IMG/VR virus record: IMGVR_UViG_3300015607_004939
Length of the DNA: 64,000 nucleotides
Direction: 5' to 3' (one strand)
Source: an uncultured virus (IMG/VR IMGVR_UViG_3300015607_004939)
Lineage: Duplodnaviria > Heunggongvirae > Uroviricota > Caudoviricetes
How positions within the stretch are numbered: position 1 is the stretch's first letter; every line of letters starts with the position of its first letter. A model generated the notes under the pieces. That model did no database searches. It was given only the letters and a program-made list of their open reading frames with translations, and had not been told where the DNA came from. Position numbers and translations under genes: made by a program. This document shows, piece after piece, positions 37,055-47,267 of the stretch.

Positions 37055-37725
37055 TGACCCCCAAGGACGTTCTCCTCGACCCCGGGGCGCCCCCGTCGGC
37101 CGTCTGGGCGGCCCTGGGGGCTCTCCTGGGGCTCGGGATCGAGGTCTGGGAGCCCGAGACCCTCCAGCTCGAAGTAGGGCGCCTGGGGGGCTCCTGGGAG
37201 GCCCTGGCGCCCAAGGTCCTGGCAGCTCAGACCGCGATCGTTTCGCGGGTCTGGACTTACGACTGGGACGCCCTCTTCGCCTTCGCCCTGGCCTGCGAGG
37301 GCCAGCCCGCCGCCGCCGACGCCTTCCACCACCCCACGGTGCTTCAGCTCGCCTGGGCCGTGCTCGAACTCCAGGAGCTGTGCGGTGCCGAGATCGACGA
37401 GCACCACGGCTTCGACCCCGACACGATCGACCCGGGGGTCGCGGCCCTGCTGCACGACGATGGGTGGGTGCTGGCGCCCGACCCCCTGGGGTTCTGCCAG
37501 GGGCACCTGGACCGGATGAACCGCACCAGCGAAACGCTCCGCGAGCACGTCCGCGCCGCCTGGACGAAGGTCCGGGACGGCGAGGACGACTCGATACGGC
37601 GTATCGCCGAGGCCGCCCCCGAGAACGAGGTGGGCGTGCAGATCTGCCACTTGGCGGACGCGTGGCTGGAGCTGCGCGCGAGGGCCCGCCGGAGAGCCGT
37701 GCTCCTGAATGCTTGCGGTCGATAG
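37054..37725 (+). CDS. Hypothetical protein upstream of terminase
   Basis: TGATG coupling; MTPKDVLLDP... Confidence 0.65.
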   Translation: MTPKDVLLDPGAPPSAVWAALGALLGLGIEVWEPETLQLEVGRLGGSWEALAPKVLAAQTAIVSRVWTYDWDALFAFALACEGQPAAADAFHHPTVLQLAWAVLELQELCGAEIDEHHGFDPDTIDPGVAALLHDDGWVLAPDPLGFCQGHLDRMNRTSETLREHVRAAWTKVRDGEDDSIRRIAEAAPENEVGVQICHLADAWLELRARARRRAVLLNACGR

Positions 37726-39379
37726 TCAAAAAGTAACCCTCACCCGATCGGCCTACGCGCAGGCCATCATTCAGTGGGAGGGGAGACCTTTGTCGCTGGA
37801 CATGTACCCCATGTTCAAGGCGACGTACGACGGGGACTACCAGCTCACGGTCTTGAAGACCAGCCGACAGGTCGGCAAGTCCATCCGGCTGATGGTCTAC
37901 CTGCTGACGGACTCGATCGCCCGCGCGCACTACAAGTCCCTCTTCGTCACGCCGAGCGAGGGGCAGACCGACAAGTTCTCCAACCTTCGACTCGCGCAGG
38001 CCATCCGGTTCTCGCCGCACATCCGGGACAACTTCATCGACCCGTCGATGCCGAACGGCGTGCGCATCCGCTCGTTCAACAACGGCTCGTCCATCGTCTG
38101 CACCTTCGCCTCGGACAACGCCGACCGCGTGCGCGGCAACTCGGCCGACCACATCATGATCGACGAGACGCAGGACGTGCTCCTCGACGCCGTGGTGCCC
38201 GAGATCCGGGAGGTGCTCTCCGAGAGCAACTACAAGTACCAGAGCTTCTGCGGCACCCCGAAGACGCTTGAGAACGGCCTGGAGCACCTCTGGAAGAACT
38301 CCACCCAGACCGAGTGGGCCATGAAGTGCACCGGGTGCGGCAAGTACTCGGTGATCGTCTCGGAGAAGCAGCTCGGCAAGCTAGGTCCAATCTGCGGTCA
38401 CTGCTCGACCTACCTGAACCCGCGCACCGGGATCTGGGTCGACATGAACCGCAACCCTAACGCCCTCTTCAAGGGGTTCCACGTCTCGCGCCCAATCATG
38501 CTGCGTGGCGTGCCTGCCGCCTGGGAGCCCGGGTCCGACCGGCACCAGAAGGCCATCGTCGAGTGGAAGAACGAGATCCTCGGCAAGCTCGAAGGCCCCC
38601 TGTGCTACTCGCTGCCGAAGTTCCGCAATGAGGTGCTCGGCATCTCGGACTCCGTCGGCACGCGGCTCATCACCGAGGAGATGCTCTGGAACGCGGCCAC
38701 CGGGCCCGTCATGAGCGACAAGCCCACGCCCGAGCTCATGCAGGGGATCGTGCGCGTGGCCGCCGGCATCGACTGGTCGGGCGGCGGCGGGGACGGACAC
38801 TCCTCGACCGTGCTCGTGATCCTGGGCCGCATGCCCTCCGGCAAGAATCGCGTCCTCTACTTCAAGATCTTCTCCGGTATCCACGCGGCCCAGGAGAACG
38901 CCGAGATCCGCGCCATCCTGCGCAACTACGACGTGAACCAGAACCTCATCGTCGGCGGCGACGCGGGCGAGGGCAACATGAACATGGACATGCTGCGCAC
39001 GAGCATGCCCAACCCCGCGCGCGTCGCGAAGTTCCGCTACGTCGGCCCCAACGCCAAGCACTACTGCATGTGGGACAAGGCGCGGAACACGTACATGGTC
39101 AACCGCACCAACGCGATCGACTCGTGCATGTCCGCGTTCCTTCGCAAGGACGTCGAGTTCCCCCGCGAGCCGCGCGCGTACTTGCAGATCGCCTTCAAGC
39201 ACATCCTCGCGGAGTACGAGGAGGTGACCAGCAAGGACGGCGGCGGCCGGAAGGTGTGGAGGCACACGCCCGTGGACCCGGACGACTTCCTCCACGCGGT
39301 GGTGTTCGCGCGACTGGCGCTCCAGATCGCGAGCGGCGAGATCAACCTGGGGAGCGCCGTGCCCGGCGAGGACGACTAA
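37709..39379 (+). CDS. terL: Terminase large subunit (GpA-like)
   Basis: KTSRQVGKS Walker A, RGNSADHIMIDETQD Walker B, GTPK, CxxC..CxxC finger, GIDW and PDDFLHA nuclease motifs. Confidence 0.88.
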   Translation: MLAVDSQKVTLTRSAYAQAIIQWEGRPLSLDMYPMFKATYDGDYQLTVLKTSRQVGKSIRLMVYLLTDSIARAHYKSLFVTPSEGQTDKFSNLRLAQAIRFSPHIRDNFIDPSMPNGVRIRSFNNGSSIVCTFASDNADRVRGNSADHIMIDETQDVLLDAVVPEIREVLSESNYKYQSFCGTPKTLENGLEHLWKNSTQTEWAMKCTGCGKYSVIVSEKQLGKLGPICGHCSTYLNPRTGIWVDMNRNPNALFKGFHVSRPIMLRGVPAAWEPGSDRHQKAIVEWKNEILGKLEGPLCYSLPKFRNEVLGISDSVGTRLITEEMLWNAATGPVMSDKPTPELMQGIVRVAAGIDWSGGGGDGHSSTVLVILGRMPSGKNRVLYFKIFSGIHAAQENAEIRAILRNYDVNQNLIVGGDAGEGNMNMDMLRTSMPNPARVAKFRYVGPNAKHYCMWDKARNTYMVNRTNAIDSCMSAFLRKDVEFPREPRAYLQIAFKHILAEYEEVTSKDGGGRKVWRHTPVDPDDFLHAVVFARLALQIASGEINLGSAVPGEDD

Positions 39380-40167
39380 GGGAGGAGGATGCGGGGGGCG
39401 TGGAACGGCTCGGCCGGCGCCGAGGGGCCGTTGTCCACGTGCTGGAGGAGGGGCGCGGCGAGGGCGGCCTCCTCGGGGACGAGGCTGACGGTCTCGGAGG
39501 CCCTCGCGCGGCTGATCCAGCCGATGACGGCCTTGCGGATCGCCTCGGCGCGCGCGGGCTGGTGCGGCTCAATGCCCCAGGCGTAGACCCACAGGGCGCG
39601 CAGCACGTCGGCCTCGGCGCGGTGCGGCGGCAGGGGGCGGCCCTGGAGGGACTCGTAGCCCACGGCGAGGTTGTACTTCTTGCGGCCGTCACGGTCGGCG
39701 AGCAGCCGCGAGTAGGCCATCACCTCGTCGTGGTGGCGCTCCCAGATGCCGCAGTCGTCGGGCATGGTGTCGTGCGAGTAGGGGAGGTCGCCGTGGGGCT
39801 GCACGCGGTGGCGGACGATCTCGTGCCAGATGAAGCCCTTGTCGAAGGGGATGTTCTGGTTGCACATCACGGCCCCGCGCAGGTCGTCGCGGATGGCGGC
39901 CCACGCCTCGGCGGCCTCGGGCGAGCCGCACATCGGGGCGCCCTGCCAGTCTGGGTGGCCGGGGCGGTAGCCGTTGACCTCCAGGGCCTTGGGGGAGGCC
40001 GCGCGCAGGTCCTCGGCACCTGGGGTGAAGCGGTAGGTGCGGATCTCGAACTTCGACCAGTCGTCGTTCTGGATGACGACGTAGGCGATCTCGATCACGC
40101 GGAAGAGCAGGGCCTGGAGGCCCGTCGTCTCGACGTCGGCGACGACGAACTTTTCGGGGAACGACAT
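39376..40167 (-). CDS. DEDDh 3'-5' exonuclease (DnaQ-like)
   Basis: ADVETTGL, NIPFD, HRAEADV; RBS GAGAGGAA. Confidence 0.88.
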   Translation of the reverse strand: MSFPEKFVVADVETTGLQALLFRVIEIAYVVIQNDDWSKFEIRTYRFTPGAEDLRAASPKALEVNGYRPGHPDWQGAPMCGSPEAAEAWAAIRDDLRGAVMCNQNIPFDKGFIWHEIVRHRVQPHGDLPYSHDTMPDDCGIWERHHDEVMAYSRLLADRDGRKKYNLAVGYESLQGRPLPPHRAEADVLRALWVYAWGIEPHQPARAEAIRKAVIGWISRARASETVSLVPEEAALAAPLLQHVDNGPSAPAEPFHAPRILLP

Positions 40168-40343
40168 GTTCGGGATTCCTCTCGGGGCAAAAAAACAGCC
40201 GTGGGAACGCGCCAGCTTCAAGCACTCCCCGGGCGCTGGCGCACCGCACGGGGCAGGAGACCGACCGAGCGTCTCGAACGGGTCGACCGGTGGAGGAGGA
40301 GAGCACGCGTCGGCCGCGCGTGCCAGGACATGCACTTCTACCG

Positions 40344-43300
40344 CTATGCGGCCTTCTTCTTCGACTTCGGCTTCGAGTCCTCCCAGTCGTCCGGGTCGCG
40401 CAGGTCGACGAACTTGTCACCCTCGGTGTAACCGTCCAGCTCCGGCGCAGGAAGCGGAGGAGGCAGCTTCGAGAGGTACTTGGCGGCCGAGGAGAGCGTG
40501 CCGTAGCTCGACCCCATCTCCAGGTCCCACCGGTAGGGGGCCTTGAGCCAGGGGTTGTCGCGGCCGACCTTCTTGGTGCCGTACTCGTGGATGAGGTCCG
40601 GCATCTGGTGGGCGTACTTCTTGGCCACCTGACCGCCGATGGAGTCGTGCACCGTGAGGAGCAGGTGCCCGCCCATGTCGCGCTCGATGATGGGCGCGAT
40701 CTCGCACATGGTTGTCAGCACGATCTGGGAGCTCGTGCGCTGGATCTTCACGTTGACCCCCTGGCGCTCGGCGCGCGCCAGGAGCGACTTCGGCGCGTTG
40801 GCCGCGTCGATCGGGAAGCGGCGCCGGCCGCCGTGGTAGGTCTCGACCAGACCGAAGGTCCGAAGCTCCCACTTGGTCTGCTCCATGTAGAGCGGGATCG
40901 AGGGGAACTTCGAGAAGAGCAGGTCCTTCACCACCTGGGCCAGGGCCAGCGGGATGCCCGCGATCTCGGCGATCTTCCTGACGCCCGCGCCGAAGAGCAT
41001 CCCGAAGACCAGACGCTTGATGTTGGTGCGCAGCTCCTTCAGGCGTACGACGTACGACTTCTCCAGGATCTGGTCCTTGTCCTCCAGGGTGTGGGCCGCG
41101 AAGAAGTCCTCGTAGCTCCAGGCGTGGTCGTCGTCCACGCCCGCGCGCTCCAAGGCCAACTGCCGGTCGCGGCCGGTCTTGCCCGCCCCGACCTGGGCGG
41201 GGTTCAGCGCCGCCGAGGCGAAGAAGCAGTGGGCGTCCAGACCGTCGCAGAGTGCTGCGTTCAGGGCGTCGTCCTCCGAGTAGGAGCCGAAGATCGTGAC
41301 TTCGGCCCCCTTGGCGTCGGCGTTGAAGAAGCACTGATCGTCCGAGTCGGGGATGAAGAGCTTCTTGCACTTCACCCCCTCGAAGACGGGCGTCTTCCCG
41401 TCGTCCATCAGCACCATCTTGCCGCGCGTGTCGCGCAGGGCCCCGAGGAAGCCGCGCGGCATGTTCTGGAAGTTGAAGCCGACGCCTGTGACACCCGATG
41501 AGGACGATAGGCGGTCGGTCACGGTGCCTGTCTGGTTGTAGCCGCCGTGCACGTGGTCGTCGCCGAACATCTCGGCGAGCTTGCCCGCGTTCTCGAAGAA
41601 CGTGTGTCGGGCCTTGTCCGCCTTCTTCCTCGCGAGCAGCAGGTTCGCGAGCGGGCACTCGAAGCGGCTGACCAAGCCCTTGAGCACGTGCTCGCTCGTC
41701 TGGATCTGCTTGCCGGCGGTGAAGTGGTGGGGCGTGTAGTACATCCGCCCGTTCGCGTAGCGGGCCTCCCCGGGGTTCTTCCGGGCGATCTCCTCGGCGT
41801 GCTCGGGGTTGGGGTGGATAAAGCCCGCCCCGCCCTCGAAGAGGAACGAGGCGATCTTGCGCGCGGCGCCCAGCTTGAAGTTCTCCCCGCAGACCTCGTA
41901 GATCTGCTGGTCGGTGACGGCCAGCACCTGATCGAGCTTCTCGATGCCGTAGGTGAGGTACGCCTTGTCGATCTTGACGCCACGCAGCTCGATCTTGGCC
42001 AGCTCTCGCTGGAGCGGCAGCTTGAAGGCCCGCACGGTGGTGTGTGAGGGGTGCGGATCGGGGCAGAGCTCCTTGACGACAAAGACCTGCTTGCCCTGCT
42101 GGGCGGGGGGCTGGTTCGCGAGGCTCTCCTTCTCGACAGCACGCTTACGCGCGATGATCTTGTCCTCCTCCAGCATTCGTCGGTTCTGGATGAGCGCGAG
42201 GCGGCGCGTCACGTCCGCGTCCACGGCCGCGTAGAAGCTGAGCTCCGGCAGGGAGACGTGCTCGTAGCCCCCCTTCTTCTTGCGCTCCTTGGCCTCGGCC
42301 TCCTTCTGCTGATAGGAGAACTCGCCCGCCGCCTTGGCCGCGAGCACGATGCGCAGGTCCGCGAGGTGCTCGGCCGAGATGGGCTGCTTCTTGTGCAGCC
42401 CCGTGGCGAGCATCTTCTCCACCGTCGGAACCTTGAACGCGACGGTGACGAGCTTCGCCTCCGTCACCCGCTTGAGGGCCTGGGCGACCCCCTCGGGCAC
42501 CCGGACGGTCTTGGTCCTGGTGACCTGGACGGCCTCCCCCTCGCCCTCCTCGTCCTGCTCCAACTGGTCCTTCAGCCGGTCCTCGTAGCCTGAGAACTGG
42601 GGGAAGAACCGCTTGGTGAGGGCCTTCAGGCTGTACTCTCCCTTCTTGTCCTCCTCCAGGGTGTGCTCGGCGAGCATGGCGTCCCACCACGGCCTCCCGA
42701 TGTCGGTCATCGGCAGCCCGAGGCGCCACAGGACCTTCCAGTCGTACTTGCCGTGGTGCCACATGAGCTTCTTGCCCGAGCGCAAGAGCTCCTTGACCAT
42801 CTCCCAAGCCGCCGCCCCGTCGTACGGCGTACTGTCGTGCCAGAGGGGAACGAAGGCGGCCTTGCCCTCGTCCCAGGCGAACGACACCCCGAGGCACTTC
42901 AGGCCCGACCACTGGGGGTGCAAGGTGTTCGTCTCGGTGTCGAACGAGATCGCCCAGTCCAGGGGGTCGGTCCCCGGCCTGGAGTAGCGGATCACCTCGT
43001 CGATCAGCTCCCGCACCTCGGGGAGCGTCTGAGGGAAGCGGTAGCCCGAGGCCGCCTGCTCGCGGGACAGGCGCGCCACGGGCTGGTCTCGGACGATCCG
43101 CAGGGCGCGCTCCACGTCGGCCAGGAGGGTCTGGTAGGTGCCGACGTGGCCCGCGTAGCTCTTGAGCGACCGGGTGGCGACGACCGACACCTCGACGCCC
43201 CCGACGCGCACGTTCTCGAACGCCCGCCCGAGGGCCTCGGCCTCCGAGCGGACGTTCACGCCGAGGGCGTGCAGGGCGGGCAGGCCGCACGCCAGGACCA

Positions 43301-43763
43301 CCACGCGCTTGTTGAAGCCGAGGGTGACCCGGTTGGACACCACGCGCGCGATGTCCGCGAGGAGGTACGGGTTGCACATCGAGGCGGCCTTCTTATCGAC
43401 CTTCTCGGACGCGCACTTCACCGCGTAGGCGTACCGTACCTGGAGATTCGGGAAGCCGTTGTCGGCTACCTCCTTGACGGCCTGACGGACGACCTTGGCG
43501 CCGTCGTCCGCCCACACGCGGTGGTGCTGACGCTCCATCTGCACCGCCTGCCCCCCGATCAGGGCGAGGCGTGGCACGGGCGGGGCGTCGGCCAGGACGA
43601 TCAGCTCGGCGGTGTCGGGGCCGTCGGGGTGGGGGTAGTAGTGGGCGTCCTTGAACGAGGGGCACCCCTCGCACGATGGGCCCGCCTTGACGTTGTAGGG
43701 GGGCTGCTGGCAGAGCGGGCAGGCGGACGGTTCGATCTGGAGGACTGGCAGTTGGGTGGCCAC
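40344..43763 (-). CDS. polA: Family A DNA polymerase with N-terminal UDG-like domain and 3'-5' exonuclease
   Basis: Exo motifs FDTET, GKYD, YAAVDA; pol motifs T.TDRLSS, NFQN, DAKGAE, RTNIKRLVFGMLFG, TVHDS. Confidence 0.92.
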   Translation of the reverse strand: MATQLPVLQIEPSACPLCQQPPYNVKAGPSCEGCPSFKDAHYYPHPDGPDTAELIVLADAPPVPRLALIGGQAVQMERQHHRVWADDGAKVVRQAVKEVADNGFPNLQVRYAYAVKCASEKVDKKAASMCNPYLLADIARVVSNRVTLGFNKRVVVLACGLPALHALGVNVRSEAEALGRAFENVRVGGVEVSVVATRSLKSYAGHVGTYQTLLADVERALRIVRDQPVARLSREQAASGYRFPQTLPEVRELIDEVIRYSRPGTDPLDWAISFDTETNTLHPQWSGLKCLGVSFAWDEGKAAFVPLWHDSTPYDGAAAWEMVKELLRSGKKLMWHHGKYDWKVLWRLGLPMTDIGRPWWDAMLAEHTLEEDKKGEYSLKALTKRFFPQFSGYEDRLKDQLEQDEEGEGEAVQVTRTKTVRVPEGVAQALKRVTEAKLVTVAFKVPTVEKMLATGLHKKQPISAEHLADLRIVLAAKAAGEFSYQQKEAEAKERKKKGGYEHVSLPELSFYAAVDADVTRRLALIQNRRMLEEDKIIARKRAVEKESLANQPPAQQGKQVFVVKELCPDPHPSHTTVRAFKLPLQRELAKIELRGVKIDKAYLTYGIEKLDQVLAVTDQQIYEVCGENFKLGAARKIASFLFEGGAGFIHPNPEHAEEIARKNPGEARYANGRMYYTPHHFTAGKQIQTSEHVLKGLVSRFECPLANLLLARKKADKARHTFFENAGKLAEMFGDDHVHGGYNQTGTVTDRLSSSSGVTGVGFNFQNMPRGFLGALRDTRGKMVLMDDGKTPVFEGVKCKKLFIPDSDDQCFFNADAKGAEVTIFGSYSEDDALNAALCDGLDAHCFFASAALNPAQVGAGKTGRDRQLALERAGVDDDHAWSYEDFFAAHTLEDKDQILEKSYVVRLKELRTNIKRLVFGMLFGAGVRKIAEIAGIPLALAQVVKDLLFSKFPSIPLYMEQTKWELRTFGLVETYHGGRRRFPIDAANAPKSLLARAERQGVNVKIQRTSSQIVLTTMCEIAPIIERDMGGHLLLTVHDSIGGQVAKKYAHQMPDLIHEYGTKKVGRDNPWLKAPYRWDLEMGSSYGTLSSAAKYLSKLPPPLPAPELDGYTEGDKFVDLRDPDDWEDSKPKSKKKAA

Positions 43764-43770
43764 GTCTACC

Positions 43771-46700
43771 TCACATGTTGAAGCTGTTGTCGTCGGGCGG
43801 GATGGCGCCGCCCTTGCCGCCCGCGAGGGCGGTCAGGTTCGCCGGGGGGCCGCTGTGGGCGACCCCGGGCGTCTTCTGCTCTCCGAAGGAGGTGCGCCGC
43901 TTGCTCACGTCCCGGACCTTGGCCACGAAGGAGCCCAGTCGCAGGACCGTGATCGTGTGCGCGTCGGCCGACAGGCCGCACGCCTGGATGAAGTTCATCA
44001 CGCCGAGCTTGTCGAAGTCCGCTTGCGGGACGGCCGTGGCGTGCTGGTCGAGGAGGTGCTTCAGGCGGTGGTACTCCTGCTTGCACCAGGGCTCGGTGCG
44101 GAAGAGGGCCCCGCCGTTGGACATGGCGGCGATCCAGTCGATCACGAGGTAGCCCTGCTCGTTGTGGTAGAGCGCCCCGCACATCATGGTGTTGAGCACG
44201 GGCCACTTGTCGGGCTCCGCGAGGAGCGCCATCACGGAGGTGTAGTTCGAGCCCATGCGCACCCCGTTGGTGCGCAGGAACGTGTCGAAGAGGATGTTCG
44301 TGGGGGTGGCGTGGGCGTAGGCGTTGAGCGACGTCTCCCGGGCGAGGGTGCAGTCGACGACGAAGTCGCGCCACTTGCCGCCGAGCAGGGCGAGCATGGT
44401 GGCGGGGCCCGCGAAGTTGCGCAGGAAGCGGGTCTCGACCTTGAAGGGCAGGTTCATGTCCGAGGTGGCCAGCTCCCGAGAGATCGACTCGAAGAGCTTC
44501 TTGTAGGCGGCGTGGAAGTGGAAGAGCCCCAGGTTCAGGGTGCGCCGTAGCTTCGCGTACTCCTCCGGCGTGACGATCTCGTGGATGGCGACGGCCGGGT
44601 CCTTGTGTCCGACCACCTTCACGAGGTCGATCTCCAGACGCCGGTTGATGTCCTGCATGTCGCGCGGCGGGTGCGTCGAGGTGGTCATGGAGTTGGTGTG
44701 GACGACGCGGACCTCGGCGACGCCGCCGACCATCCGTCGGACCTGCGCGCCGCCGGGGAAGATCGACTGCCGCAGGATCTCGATCACGTCCTCGACCTGA
44801 CGGCTCTTCATCATGTGCACGCCGTCCGCCGTGAACTCGTCGAGCGCGATCAGGCAGGTCGAGCCGTCGTAGAAGTTGTAGATGGAGGCGGCCGAGTAGT
44901 TGGACTGGTAGCTCGACCAGTCCACGAGCTTGAGCTCCGGGTGCTGGCCGCCGCTCAGGACGGACATGAGCTTGGACTTGCCGGCGCTCGTCGGGGCGGT
45001 GATCCCCGAGTTGATCTTCTCGTCGCAGAAGTGAGGCGCGCAGAGGTGGAGTGTGAGCAGGGCCATGAGCAGGGAGTCCTTGCGCCCGTGCTTGAGCCCC
45101 CAGCAGCCGTAGATCTTGACGAGCGTCTGGAGCGCCTCCTGGAGATCCTGGAGGGTCACGGAGTTGCCCCACTCCAGGTCCTCCACGCTGTGCACGACCG
45201 TGTCCAAGCCCTTGGGGTGGACCGAGAAGAGGAACCTCCCGTCGGAGGCCCCCGTGAGCTGCTCCCACTTCACGGGCCCCTCGCCCGTGCTCACCCCCTT
45301 GAAGACGCGCCGGCCGGTGTTGACGTACTGCACCGTGTGGCCGTCGAGTTCGACCACGTGGGGCCCGAGCCCCTTGGTGTCGCACTCTGACTTGGACGGC
45401 AGGTTGTGGAAGACGCGCTGCATGGCCATGCGCGTGTAGTCGGCGAACGGCTTCTGGAGCTCGCGCATGAGCGGCGCCGCCCGGTCGGCCTTCTCGTCGT
45501 AGAGGAACGGCGGCACCCCCACCCGCTGTGTGAAGAACTGGTGCATGTCCCCGACCACGTTGGACAGGGCGCTCATGGCGGTGAAGCCGTCGTCGGCCGG
45601 GAAGCGCACGGCCCGCTCGGTCTCCTTGTGCTGGGCGTAGACCATGCTCCCCTTCACGGTCTCCTCCTTGTAGAGGAAGTGCAGGTCGTGGGCGAGCGTG
45701 TCGGCGATGCGGCTGACGAAGCCCTCCTCGTCGTCCTGGCCCTGGACGATCTGCGCCCGCACGGCGCCGGGGGCCACCCCCAGGCGCGCGGCGGCCTTGT
45801 CCAGGTAGCTCGCGAGCTGCGCCGGGTTGAGCAGGCACTCGCCGTACTTCACGGCGACGGCCGTCTTCTCGCGCGTCTCGGTGAGGTCGGCCGAGTCCTC
45901 GACGGCCCGCTCCAGGGCCCAATCGTCGCAGGCCACGAAGGCAGCCTCGGGCTCGTCCATCGCCACCCGGCGGAAGTGGTCGAAGCCCTTCTCCCGTATC
46001 ACCTCGTCGGCGTCCTTCAGGAACCCGTTGCCGTCGCGCAGGGCCCCCCAGCGGGCGAACACCCGGCACTCGATCTGTCGCGCGGTGAGGAGGCGGCTGC
46101 GCAGCCACAGCTCCCCGCGCCCCTGGTCGGGGTCGGGGTGGTCGTGTAGCAGGTACGCCGTGTCGACGCCCGCCTCCGCGAGGGCGTCCGTCGTGTTCTC
46201 CGTGCCGCAGGTGCTCACCACCCACCAGCCCGTGAGGTTCTCGCGGATGATGCCCTCGGCGATCGAGGTCATGTCGTTCTCGCCCTCGACGGCGATGAGC
46301 CGGACGCTGCGCACGTCCCGCTCGACCCCGGCCGCGTCGGGGGCGTAGAGCCCGAAGAAGCCGTGCCCCTCGTCCGGGTGGTAGGGCGCGAGCATCTTGA
46401 AGTTGCCCTGCTTGGTATTGTCGGCGTCGGGCCGACGCAGGCGAATGCGAGCCGGGGTGGTGAAGTCGTGACCCGTCACGTACGCGACGGCCCCCACCCA
46501 CTCCGGCCCCGCCGACTCGGCGAGCTTCTTCACGCGTTCGAGGATCTTGCCGCGTCTCTCCGGGGAGAAGCGCGTCGAGACGCTCTTGGCGTAGTCGTCC
46601 GTCGCCGACTTCTCCATGTGGTTCTTGCACATCTCCAGGAGGTGATCCTGGGGCGGCCATACGCCGTACGGGAGGTTCGAGACCATGTCCGGCGAGTGGC

Positions 46701-47241
46701 CCCGCTGCTTGAAGATCCACTCCATGGCAGGGCGGGCGATCTGCTGGGCCAGCGCGTCGTACGCCGTATGGTCCCATCGGTCGGCCTCCGGCGGGGAGAT
46801 CATCTTGACGAGGTAGTCGTTGACGGCCCATGCCATCACGCGCAGCGCCTCCCGGTGCTGGTCGAGGGCCTCGTAGGCCGTGCCCTGCTTCTCGGTGACG
46901 GGGCGAAACCCCGTGATCGAGTGGATGCGCGCGAGCCCCTCGGCGTAGCTCCAGCCGAGGCAGTCCTGGAGGAGCTGGAGGAGGTTGCGCGTGGTGTAGT
47001 TGCAGCTCTTGCACTGGACACGCCCCCGGAGCAGGTCCACGTAGCACGACGGGTTGTGGTCCGGGTGCGACGGGGTGGGGCAGCGCATGAGCAGGGTCTT
47101 GGCCGACACGGCCCGGACCTGGGAGTCGGGGAACGCCTGTTCGAGGAACAGGCGCATGCGCCCCGTATCCATCCGCTTGATGAGTTCGATCGCGTCGCTC
47201 TGACGCAAAGGGGTGGTGTTGGAGCCCTTCCCTCGTGCCAT
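43771..47241 (-). CDS. DnaG-type primase (CHC2 finger + TOPRIM) fused to a P-loop helicase-like domain
   Basis: CPTPSHPDHNPS...CKSC, VEGENDM, HDHPD, KDADE; APTSAGKS, IALDE. Confidence 0.82.
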   Translation of the reverse strand: MARGKGSNTTPLRQSDAIELIKRMDTGRMRLFLEQAFPDSQVRAVSAKTLLMRCPTPSHPDHNPSCYVDLLRGRVQCKSCNYTTRNLLQLLQDCLGWSYAEGLARIHSITGFRPVTEKQGTAYEALDQHREALRVMAWAVNDYLVKMISPPEADRWDHTAYDALAQQIARPAMEWIFKQRGHSPDMVSNLPYGVWPPQDHLLEMCKNHMEKSATDDYAKSVSTRFSPERRGKILERVKKLAESAGPEWVGAVAYVTGHDFTTPARIRLRRPDADNTKQGNFKMLAPYHPDEGHGFFGLYAPDAAGVERDVRSVRLIAVEGENDMTSIAEGIIRENLTGWWVVSTCGTENTTDALAEAGVDTAYLLHDHPDPDQGRGELWLRSRLLTARQIECRVFARWGALRDGNGFLKDADEVIREKGFDHFRRVAMDEPEAAFVACDDWALERAVEDSADLTETREKTAVAVKYGECLLNPAQLASYLDKAAARLGVAPGAVRAQIVQGQDDEEGFVSRIADTLAHDLHFLYKEETVKGSMVYAQHKETERAVRFPADDGFTAMSALSNVVGDMHQFFTQRVGVPPFLYDEKADRAAPLMRELQKPFADYTRMAMQRVFHNLPSKSECDTKGLGPHVVELDGHTVQYVNTGRRVFKGVSTGEGPVKWEQLTGASDGRFLFSVHPKGLDTVVHSVEDLEWGNSVTLQDLQEALQTLVKIYGCWGLKHGRKDSLLMALLTLHLCAPHFCDEKINSGITAPTSAGKSKLMSVLSGGQHPELKLVDWSSYQSNYSAASIYNFYDGSTCLIALDEFTADGVHMMKSRQVEDVIEILRQSIFPGGAQVRRMVGGVAEVRVVHTNSMTTSTHPPRDMQDINRRLEIDLVKVVGHKDPAVAIHEIVTPEEYAKLRRTLNLGLFHFHAAYKKLFESISRELATSDMNLPFKVETRFLRNFAGPATMLALLGGKWRDFVVDCTLARETSLNAYAHATPTNILFDTFLRTNGVRMGSNYTSVMALLAEPDKWPVLNTMMCGALYHNEQGYLVIDWIAAMSNGGALFRTEPWCKQEYHRLKHLLDQHATAVPQADFDKLGVMNFIQACGLSADAHTITVLRLGSFVAKVRDVSKRRTSFGEQKTPGVAHSGPPANLTALAGGKGGAIPPDDNSFNM

Positions 47242-47267
47242 GCGCCCTCCTTTCTCGGGTCAATCTG

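Noticed and set aside
40190..40270. Cobalamin riboswitch (GGGAA...CAGGAGACC on + strand; the phage has B12-dependent NrdJ)
   Set aside because: Core elements are missing and it is neither upstream of nor oriented towards nrdJ
39376..40335. Extended starts given by the ORF track (also 654-2309, 7328, 108, 33780)
   Set aside because: Internal starts with an RBS, a -10 element or translational coupling fit better, and the extensions overlap other features
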